DNA from: Proteromonas lacertae
Lineage: Eukaryota
Direction of reading: 5' to 3'
Assembly (NCBI GenBank): GCA_002245135.1
Contig: NGBS01000874.1
Coordinates: 62,001-126,000, forward strand
DNA: 64,000 bases
Shown: one piece after another, positions 53,637 through 64,000 of the stretch
Layout of the letters: every line of letters starts with the position of its first letter
Numbering within the stretch: the stretch's first letter is position 1
The notes under the pieces: generated by a model
Told to the model about the DNA's origin: nothing
Databases searched by the model: none
The model's input: the letters and a program-made list of their open reading frames with translations, nothing else
Translations under genes and position numbers: made by a program

Positions 53637-54999
53637 ATGGCTTTAGTTATAGAGGACGCTGTAAATGTAACTTCCCCGTCTGATGTAGATACAAGTGATG
53701 ATGATAAATTAGACCCACTGGCAGATTGTGACTATAGTTTAAGTAGTCGAAATAATAAATTATCAGATGTAACTCCTCTGCTGGGAGCACCATTTAAAAC
53801 TTCAGAGAGTAAGAGAATGGACTATAAGACACTTAAGTCAGCATCAAGTGTGAGGAATGTTTTGCTTCAATATGGTAATAAATCGTCTATGGCATCTGTA
53901 TTAGTTTAATGCTATTATTTATTAAATATAGAAGAACAGAGCTTCAACATCTAGTTATTCTTCCTATTCAAGTTACTCTGGTTATTATTCAGGAAGAGGA
54001 GATAAAAAAGCTACATTTGTGAAAATGTCACCTGTTGAAGCAGCAACTGCAATCCAAAAGAATGTAAGAAGATTTTTAGTTCTTCGAAGATATGAAATAA
54101 ATGAAAAAGAAAGAATCAATATGAGACAAGTAGTAATGAGAGATGCAATAGCGAGAGGAGGAGGTAATCCAAATACATTTAATAAAGATTCACCTCAGTA
54201 TAAAAGTGAATATTTAAAAATGAATAATGAAATCAATATGTTGGTAGAAAAAGTGAAATATTTTGAAGTATATAAAATAATACATAGTTTATTATATATA
54301 ATGTAATTATAGACTCCACCAGCTGTAGTTCAACAAATATTATTGTTATTATTTTCCTGTTCAGCAGAACATGCTGATTTTATTACAGCTGCTGAAAGTG
54401 CATTTTTATTGGTGGATGTATTACATTTACCATTATCAAAGTCTCAAATCATTGGACAAGATGGAATATTAGCGTCATTTAAAGGAGGAGGTTCTACTGT
54501 TGAATTTACTGATTTATATATATGGTTTAAGAAATATAAAGAGGATAATCCATACAGTAAACCATCTACCTTTACTTCATTTTTAAATAATTTCCTATCC
54601 AGTTATTTACCTACCAATTTTCTATTACGTTATATGGATTTTAAAGCAAAGTCATTTGACATTATACTATCTACCTATCAGTTTGATAAAATAAATCCAC
54701 CTAGTTTTCAATGTAAATATTGTTATAAAGTATTTAAATTCCCAATGCAATTAGCAAGACATCAAATACGTTGTGAAAAAGGACCAAGTAAAAGTGTAAA
54801 AAGTAAAAAAGAGAATGAAAGCAGACATCATCACCATCACCGTCACAGACATGATAATAATAATAATTCAGATGAAGGAAGTAATAAAAAGCGTGTTCAT
54901 CATAGACATAAGAAGACAAATAATAACGATTCTCATAGTACTTTCCGTATGCAATCTAGATCTAGACATGATAAAGTGAAAGTCTGTCCTACTTCTTAG
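53637..54999 (+). CDS. IQ-motif / zinc finger protein, paralog 5 of 5 (His-rich tail)
   Basis: SSVRNVL, AATAIQKNVRRFLV and CKYCYKVF..P.QL.RH..RC; two introns. Confidence 0.75.
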
Positions 55000-55192
55000 A
55001 ATCAATATATTTTAAAATAAAAAGAAATAGTAATTTGATTGAATTGTTTAAATAGTCAGTCTTACTATGTTTTCTATTTATATATATTTATATATATTGG
55101 TTCTAGTAAATTATGTTATTTTAATTAATGTTATTATTGTGACTTATTGTATATTCTGTTTTAGAATAAAAATATAATTAAATAAATAAGAA

Positions 55193-55959
55193 TTATTTTT
55201 CTGGATAAACTATCATTATATTATCACCTCTTATTAACAATTGGTTAAAATGCCTTTGTTTCTTCTTATCATATCTAAATTCATCCACATCAGTCATAAA
55301 CTACATTATATATTTAAGAGTTAATATATATTATACTAAGTTCAAATGTTTATCAAAACATTTCAAATATCCAATACATTTGCTTTTCACAGTTGCTACT
55401 GATCTTATCACAACTACCAACCTTATTTTATCCTTATAACATTTACTCAAGATTGAAAAACATCCTTGATTTTCATACTTCTTTACTATTGCATCCAGCG
55501 GTGATTCAACTTGCTTCTTCTCTTTGATTGGTTTAGGAGGTTTGAATAAAAGGTTAGATGATAAATAATCTGGATCTGTTTCAGGTAACTATGATTAATT
55601 ATTCACAATTAATATACTAAGTGTCTGCATTTTGATATATTATCTAATATTTGTATGTCAGGATAAGGGAGTTTTATATCACTATTTAGTGCTTTAAGTG
55701 CATCAAAGCTTTTGCTGCAAAAGTCTAATTCAGGTTCTATTGGTATTTCTTCTTCAATTTTTACATTGTAAATTTCATATAATCTTTTAAATAATTTGTT
55801 TTCATGATTTTTATACTTCTCCAATATCTGATCAACATTTGATATTTTTTCTGGTGCATATTTTTCATAAAACTCTATTAATTTCTGTTTAAAATTACAT
55901 CTACAGTAGAATTAAACAAATTATCAATACTCACCTGCTTTATTCTTATCAAAATTCAT
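55193..55959 (-). CDS. LSM11: U7 snRNA-associated Sm-like protein LSm11
   Basis: LDFCSKSFDALKAL..P.P..LDNI N-terminal motif; Sm1 CIGYLKCFDKHLNL.MTDVDE; Sm2 RHFNQLLIRGDNI. Confidence 0.8.
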
Positions 55960-55973
55960 AAAAAAAGAAATAT

Positions 55974-55993
55974 CAAGCTTGATTTGAAGCTTG
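55974..55993. promoter_or_regulatory. Tandem AAGCTTG motif in the LSm11/NEK bidirectional promoter (example of a window-wide motif)
   Basis: CAAGCTTGATTTGAAGCTTG lies in an 88-nt divergent gap; the same core is found upstream of many other genes. Confidence 0.55.
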
Positions 55994-56047
55994 ATTTTTT
56001 AAAACATTATAAATCTTGCTTTATAGGAAGGAGGAATATAATTAAAT

Positions 56048-59002
56048 ATGTCAACTTCTAAAATGGAAGATTTTAATGTATTAGAAGAGTTGGGAAGTGG
56101 AAGCTATGGTGTTGTCTATAAAGTATCACTATTTCATTTATTATTCCATATTCTGAAAATAGGTTTCTCGTAAAGTTGATAGTAAAGTATATGTAATGAA
56201 AAAAATTACTCTAACGGGATTAAGTGCAGAAGAACAGAAAGATGCTGCAAAAGAAGCTCATATTATGGCATCTGTTGATTCACCATATGTTGTTAAATAC
56301 AGAGATTCATTTTTAGATACAAATAAGTTATGTATTGTTATGGAATACTGTGATAGTGGAGATCTTGACCATATCATCAAAAAGAGAGGTGCCATAAAAT
56401 CATTCTTACCAGAAGAAGATATTTGGTCATATTTTATGCAAATATCTCTAGGATTATACTCCTTACATTCCTTACATATTTTACATCGAGATTTAAAACC
56501 AGCTAATATTTTCATATGTAATAAAACCCATCTCAAAATAGGTGATATGGGTGTTGCTAAGGTACTAGGTTCCTCCTCCTGCTTTGCCAGTACAATGATT
56601 GGAACTCCATACTATCTGTCTCCTGAGTTGTGTAAGAATGAACCTTATAATAATAAAAGTGATATTTGGGCATTAGGCTGTATTATATATGAATGCTGTA
56701 CATTTACACATCCATTTCTAGCTTGTAATCAAGTATATATATATAAACTATATTCTATAAAATAGGCTGCTTTAATATTAAAGATAATCAGAGCCAAGAT
56801 TTCTCCAATCTCCAGTTATGGTTGTGTATATTCTACTGAAATATCTAAACTCTGTGATTGGTTATTATTAAGAGATACAACTAAACGACCTGATATAATC
56901 ACATTACTCAGTGATCCATATATACGAAACAAAGCTGAAAGTCTGAATTATGAAATTCCTACAGATATACCAATAGCCAAAAAATCAACAATCTGTCCAG
57001 CCTTGAATAAAAGAATAAAGAAGAAAGTGAAATCTTCATCTACTACCATTACTAAATCAAAATCACAATCAAAAGATCTTTCTACTGTATCTTCACAAGC
57101 ATCAACTACCAGTACAAGTACAACAACAACAACAACTAATGCTACAGGTGGGGTAAGATCAACACCTTCCACCAATTCCAAATATCGTAAAAAGAGATCC
57201 GTTTCAAGTCATAATACAGATGAAGTAAAAACTAAAGGATTAGTCAGAGGTAATAGAATAAGAAAGAAAGGTGGACAAAGAGTATTGAGTAAAGGGAATT
57301 ATCTACCACCACCTACAGCAGCAGCTAAACCAATCACACCTCCAACATCTAATAATAATAATAATAAGCCAACAACTCCCTCATTACCTAGTGTTGTACC
57401 ACCAAGACCATTATCATCAAATAAACATAATTATAACAGTGAATTAGTAGCTAATTTACCTGATGATCTTAATGATAATGATTATAACTTTGTAAATACA
57501 AGAAAGTCACATCATAGTAGGAGTTCTAGTAATAGCAGTAATAAAGAATATAAAGATGGAAATGAGAGTAAATTAAGTGAAAGTAAATTGAATGAAAATG
57601 ATATAGAAAGTACATTACCTTCTGAATCTACAATGATATTACATAATACTAAAACAACCATTACAAGTGGTAGTGAAGATGATGAGGAAGAAACAAAGAC
57701 ATGTAAAAGTTTATTAAACGATGAATTGAAGAAAACAAATCTTACTACAATTACTGAAGAGAAGTCGACTCCTTCAGACACTATGTCTAGCACAGATAAA
57801 TCAATAGGTGGTGGTGGTGTTGATACAATGATTATTAATAAAGGCTAATGAAGTGGAAGTATTAAACGAATCTAAATTAGATACAGTGATAATAAATAAT
57901 ATTAAAGATATAAATAATGAATCAAAGATTGATATTGTACAAGAACCATTATCAATTGAAACTAATAAAGATACAGTGGTAGATGATGTAATAATAGACA
58001 GTGTAACAAAATCAAAGACTAAAACCAGTAAAGACAATATCTTAGATGATTCTAATCCATTAACCACGTCTCAGAGTAGTGATACTGATTATAGATCAAT
58101 AATAGATGATTCTAATGGTCATATGACTAGTAATAATCAATCTGCTTTACCTAGTGGCATGGATAGTGATACTTTTGAATGTAGCAATACCAGTAATAAT
58201 GAATACAAATATAATGATAATAATAATATTATTAAAGATCAATTGAAACAAGTACATAGTGAAGTTATAGGTAAAAATATTGACAATAACAGTCTTGAGA
58301 ATGATGAAGATGGATGATTTTAGTGATTTAGATAGTCGACAAGAAGAGAAATCATTTGATTATGATGAAGATGAGGACGAGGATGAGGATGATTATATAG
58401 ATGATAATATTAAACAAAATAATTATAGGAATATTAAAGAAGGAATAGATATCACTACTACACCTAAAAACCTCAAAGGATTTAGTGAAGAGAAAAAGGA
58501 TGAGATTTTGAATAATAATAAAAATAATTCAATAATTCATAAAGATAAAAATGGTGTTGAATTCAGTATTGAACCTAATAATATGAAGAGTAGCAAAAAT
58601 AAAAGTAGTTATTTACATAATAGAACATCTACACCTGGTTTATCAGATGATGATGAATATGAGTCCGATGATTCTGATGATTATAAATCTCACGGATTTT
58701 ATAATGAAGGTGATGAAGTCTGTATATATTTGCATTATATTTATATTGTTATAGATGAGAATAATGAAATTAACTATTTTACTGCTGAGCAACTCCAAGA
58801 TGAGATTAATAGATTGAAAAATAATACAATTACATTAATGGGACCTACTCGATTTAAAGATTTATACTTTACTTTGAAGTATGCTGATGATGAAACTTCA
58901 GCAGCCGGGATTCTCGATAATTATGCTGATGTTTTGGAAGGTTTTTATGATGTATGTAAAATATTATCTTTAGAAACTGATTTAGATGATTTAATGAAAT
59001 AA
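56048..59002 (+). CDS. NIMA-related kinase (NEK) with long low-complexity tail
   Basis: GSGSYG, YVMKKI, HRDLKPANIF, DMG, GTPYYLSPE and KSDIWALG; two apparent +1 frameshifts in the tail (~57843, ~58312). Confidence 0.9.
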
Positions 59003-59117
59003 ATGTTATGATTATTATAATATTAATACAATTATTTATGTTTTAATTAAACTTTGTTGTTTGATCCGTTTCATTTTGAAACACAAGCCAAGCCTATATT
59101 AAAATCTTTAAAAAACA

Positions 59118-59836
59118 ATGCCTAAAGAAATCTTATATTCTGTGGTTGCAAGAGGGTATTTATATTGATAATCTATATTACAATAGTTCTACAATCCTTT
59201 GTGAGCAATTCACAACTGGTAGTAAAGCTTCTGGTGGTAATTACCCAACAGTCACTCTAAAACTATTACAGAAATACCCAGGCAACAACGGAGCAAAAAA
59301 AACATTCCATATTGATGAGTATATATATATATATTTGTAATATTCTTCTTAGAAATTTTGATTTTCACACTTATACCAATAAAGATGTAACATTTGTTGC
59401 TTTATCAGATAGAGATCATCAATTGAGAGTTGTTTACGCTTATCTTGAAAATATAGCAACAGATTTCTTTGGACAATATGATAGCTCTACAATTACATCA
59501 GCTGGAACATTTGGATTAACAGATTTTGCTAAAACATTGAAGAAAGAAATAGCCAAATTCAATGATCCTGCAAATGATACAATAACTTCAGTTAAAGATA
59601 AATTAGATAAGACCAAGAACACAATGGTTCAGAACATTGATCAAATGATGGCTAACCACGAAAAGGCTGGAGATTTGATGGATAGATCTCAAAATTTGTT
59701 AGAAACATCAACTGCATTTAATAAACAATCCAACCAATTAAAATGTGAAATGTTGAAACAGAAATGGAAGTTGATTGCTATTATAGGTATTATTTTCATT
59801 ATTGTACTTGTCATTATCATATGGGCAGCTTCATAA
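59118..59836 (+). CDS. VAMP7: Longin R-SNARE, VAMP7-like
   Basis: ILYSVVAR longin domain, synaptobrevin coil (MVQNIDQMMANHEK) and C-terminal TM; two introns. Confidence 0.85.
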
Positions 59837-60056
59837 ACTAAATTATATAAAAAGAGATATAAAAAATGTTTTTCATTTATTTTATCTATCATCCAAAAAG
59901 CACAAACAATAACATATTTTAAAATCAAAAGAATTAACAATTAGTTGATAATAAAATAACATTAATAACATATAATTGTAATACTAACACATCAAATACT
60001 ATATAAACTAACAAAATTTTCTCACTGAACGACTACTACTACACATATTTACATTA

Positions 60057-60706
60057 TTAAACATAACGAACCTTTTTTCTTTTTCTGTCTTTGTTTTTCA
60101 TCATTTTCTTCTTTTTCTCTCTGATTCTTTTCGTTTATTAGTTTTTCTTTCTCTTTATCATATAATAAATGATGAATTATTTGCTCTACATTATATCCAG
60201 TATAAGCAGAACATTCAATGAATGGAGATGACCATTCTTGACTTAAATCATATCCTTCATTCTCTGTTACTTCACTATATCAACAAAAAAACATAATATC
60301 TAAATTTATACCGTTTTTTATGCACATCTACTTTTGTAGCTACTAATATACAAGGGTAATTTAAATTCATCAACTCAAGTCTTTGACGAATTATTTTAAT
60401 TTGCTCAAAACTACATCTGTTGGTCACATCATAGCATAAAATATATCCATCAGTAGAATCTTCCACACATCGTGGAATACTTGAGTATTCATTCTAGTAA
60501 AAAAATAAAAAGCAGTCTTATACTAATGCAGGTATGTCAGATATTCTCACAACATACGACTGACCTTGCATGTTAACACGATGATGATAGATTTCATGTC
60601 TTGTAGGAATATACTCTCTTGGAGCTTGACCATTTATTAAAGTGTGTATAATTGATGTCTTTCCAACAGCTGGCGCTCCAAGCATTGCCACTCTTTTGCT
60701 GATCAT
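60057..60706 (-). CDS. Ras-family small GTPase (Rheb/Ras-like, divergent)
   Basis: GAPAVGKT, YIPT, DIPA (G3 altered), TKVD and ECSA; the 3' end is uncertain. Confidence 0.8.
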
Positions 60707-60907
60707 TTGGTGTAACTGATAAATGTGTCTTTTCAAAATTCCATGCAATTCTTTTCTGTTTCATTTCATTTCATTGTTTGTTCCTTTCATGGATTAGTTT
60801 TTACAAAGTAAATACTATAATATTATTACTATTAATTGATATACAGTTCATAAACAACAAATATGAAACGGATATAATTCTCTAAATTTTTATTCTTTCA
60901 ATATAAA

Positions 60908-61998
60908 ATGAAGCTTACAGTTATGTTTGATGTTACTAATGTGGTTGATATTGAAGTACCGGAAGATTGCACTTTACCACAACTAAACAGTGCAGTTAAA
61001 AGAGCTGTATAATTTACTTCTATTAAGTCTAGAGAGGTATTGATCAACCTGTTATTATTAAGAAAAATAACAAAGTAATATGTTATCACAGAGTATGATA
61101 TTTTTATATTTATAATGTAAAAGATACGTGATTTTGGTGTAAAAGACAAAGATTTACTTACTGCAACTGTTTTTTGTCCTAAAGATATTAATGAAGTGCT
61201 AGTATACCACTTTATATTACTCTTGTTAGAATGAAGGATTATCATCTGAAGAAATATTGAATCTAATGTTGAGTAGAGCAGATCTTATGAGACAAGCAGA
61301 ACTTGTACTACCCGATTTACATAAAACCATCTTAGAAAAAGATAAAGACAAACTACAAAAGTATATTTTTCATTTGTTATTTTAATATAATAGATATTTA
61401 ACTCAATTCTATGCTAGGAATAGTATTGACAGTCTTAAGAAACGTCAAGAATATATAGAACTAGCTGAACGTGCAGAAAGAGATCCATACGATGTAGAAG
61501 CCCAACAAAAAATAGCTGAAATAATCAGACAAAATAATATCTCAAAGAATCTAATGAGTGGTTTAATCGATAATCCAGAGTCCTTTGAGAAAACTGAGAT
61601 GTTATGGGTTGATGTTGAAATAAATAAAGTACTAATACGTGCCCTAGTCGATACAGGAGCTCAAATGTCAATTATGATTGAATCTGCTAGTAATAGATGT
61701 AATTTAGGTCATTTAATTGATACGAGAATGAAAGGTACCGCTTTAGGAGTTGGAACACGAAAGATAGTAGGGAAAGTTCCACAAAACAGATATTAGATTT
61801 GGAAGTAGTGTCTATTCTTCTTCATTTACTATTCTTGAAGATAGTAAAGGACCTGAAATGACTGAATTCATCATTGGATTGGATATACTTAAGAAATTAA
61901 AGTGTTGTGTTGATCTTAAGAATAATAAGTTGATATTTGGTGATGGAAATGAAGTAGGATTTGTTCATAATGATGTACAACCTCCACCACCAGCATAA
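60908..61998 (+). CDS. DDI1: DNA damage-inducible protein 1 (UBL + retroviral-like aspartyl protease)
   Basis: DPYDVEAQQKIAEIIRQ, NPESF, ALVDTGAQ and IIGLDILKK; apparent +1 frameshift at 61779-61780. Confidence 0.88.
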
Positions 61999-62239
61999 CA
62001 ACTAATATTTATCCATTTGTATTTCTTAAAATCTGTTTGTGTTATTGGTGAATTATAGTGTAATTATTTCGTAATTTTCGCTCTCATGAGCGTATTGCAT
62101 AATAAATTGGCTGTCGCTCATGTATTTAGATGCAACATCATTACTTATTCATAATATCATATTAATCTCAAAATTGAAAAGTTTGAAAACACAAATCATC
62201 AAGCCAAAATTACATTTTTTCTATTCGAAGAAAACACAC

Positions 62240-64000
62240 ATGTTTTTAATATTCCTTTTATGTATGAAAAAATATATTATATTGTAGTATTATGCTTTTC
62301 TCAAGTAAGCTGTTTAACATGTAATTATGGTGTAACGACAGTTCAAGTGGGATTTTCGCAACCGTTCTTTTTATTACCACCAAAGTGTGATGATGTTCCA
62401 TCATATTTTACCATCTCAAGTAAATGCCCTGATGGAATTAGTTTTAACACTACGCATGGAGGATTTAATGGTGTGACTTCTGCTACAGGCAGTTATATCA
62501 TTAATATAGAAGCACATTATAAAGATGTTTCTACGCCAATTATTTTGACTTTTAATGTTGGTACATTTGAAGATAATACAGGAGATATTACAGTGTTATG
62601 GTCAGAAAGTGCAAGTTCAACAGAATTAGATCCAGAATACTTCAATAAATTATATGCTGGTGAAGTAACCTATTATACAAATAACATGAAGGAATTATAT
62701 TACTATTGCTTTCCTGAAGATGCCTGTGCTGCTTCACTTGATTTGAGTGTATTAAATATGATAAATTATTGGTATTTCTCCTTCAAAGTCGAAGAAGAGG
62801 AGGTATGGAATTTTATATTAGATATAGATGACAATTGTGAAGTATATTTTGATAGTTTTAATGATAATCCTTGGTCAGTCAAACAAAGTGATTATTCTAC
62901 TAAATCTAAACAATTTGAAGCTGGTTATCATTGGATTGCAATAAAAGGAGTTAATTTTATTAAGCAAGGGCATATGTTCTTGAAGTATAAAACACCAAGA
63001 ATGTCTTCATATGAATATATTTCAACAATTGCTAAATCTACACCACCAGTGAATCAATATCTTAATTATAGAACTTCTGATTTAATATTAGTAAAGAATC
63101 AAATGCAGACTTTAACACCTGTTTATACTGGTTATATTACTTGGTCAACTGATAATCCATTACCTAATGGAATGACTATTAAAGCAAATGGACAAATTAA
63201 TGGTATTCCAACACAAGTTACTGAAAAGAAATTATATACAATAATTGGTAATACATTTGGTGTAAGGACTGAATATAAACTATACATTGAAGTAATTGAT
63301 AATGTTAAATCAAATATGATAAGTGGATTAGATGGTTTATATTATGCTTCAGCTGAAAGAGAATGTGATTCGAGGGATATAGATAGATTTGTTGATGATT
63401 TGAAATTCCGTAGAATTGATAAGGAAATTAATCATGTAAATGAAGAAACAAGTCAATGGAAAGGATTATCAGGTACTTTTGTATCATCCTATACTGTTGA
63501 TTGGACTGGTTTATTAGAAATACCAAAAAGTGGAACTTATATGTTTTATATCACATCAAATGGTGGAGTTAGATTAGAAATAGAAAATACAGTTGTTGTT
63601 CAATCATTAACATGTGTTAAAAACACAAACCAAGGTTCGATCAAATTAGAAAATGGTTTAGTGAATATTAAATTATACTATTGGAAACCAGCTAATGATG
63701 CTACTAAACAGTTAATATTAGAATGGAGTTCTTTTGATATGGGTAGAACTCAAATACCTGATTCTGCATTTGTTCATATACCAAGATATCCGATTAGTTA
63801 TGAATATGAGACATCTACATATATAAAAGGTCAAGAAATTCCTAAGAATTGTCCATTATTCAATAGAATTAATGAAAATGATTATACAAATTATAAGATC
63901 TATCCAAATCTGCCAAGTGGTTTGATATTTAATGAAACTGATCATTGTATTAGTGGAATTATTAATGATGAAAAAGCATCAGTAAAGAATGTGTTTTATT
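62240..64000 (+). CDS. Secreted/surface protein with putative Ig (He_PIG-like) repeats and PA14 domains, runs off the window
   Basis: Hydrophobic N-terminus; LPNGMTIKANGQINGIPT and LPSGLIFN..ISG Ig-like repeats; GLDGLYY...WTGLLEIPKSGTY.FYITSNGG.RL PA14 motif; open to the window end. Confidence 0.8.

Noticed and set aside
56258..58067. Several minus-strand ORFs within the NEK gene
   Set aside because: Antisense to low-complexity coding sequence.
61554..61796. Retroviral-type aspartyl protease (DTGA) as evidence of an LTR retrotransposon
   Set aside because: It is the protease domain of intron-containing DDI1; no RT, integrase or LTRs nearby.
1..64000. Alternative genetic code (stop reassignment), rRNA/tRNA genes, CRISPR arrays or intact transposons
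   Set aside because: In-frame stops are explained by introns or single indels; TAA, TAG and TGA all terminate genes; no such RNA genes, arrays or transposase ORFs were recognisable by eye.

Overview
Gene-dense, very AT-rich eukaryotic nuclear DNA with about 35 tightly packed genes. The genes are interrupted by tiny spliceosomal introns (about 25-65 nt, mostly GTAT...TAG), so the ORF track shows only exon fragments; gene models were reassembled by hand. A Sig1/Ocm1-type mastigoneme gene indicates a stramenopile. Tom70, ~30-nt introns and a PA14/Ig surface protein fit an Opalinata-type gut protist such as Blastocystis or Proteromonas (inference). The standout feature is a six-exon, ~3842-aa class C (GABA-B-like) GPCR whose ectodomain is nine tandem UrtA/AmiC-like periplasmic-binding (Venus flytrap) domains. 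Other notable items: a candidate U12 AT-AC intron; a probable pseudokinase-ANKRD13-GOLD fusion; a TGS1-like multi-methyltransferase; a five-gene tandem IQ/EF-hand-like/zinc-finger family; RHL1 and LSm11 homologs; a recurrent GCTTG/CAAGC promoter-proximal motif; and several +1 frameshifts in conserved genes, most likely assembly indels. All family assignments come from motif recognition by eye, not database searches.
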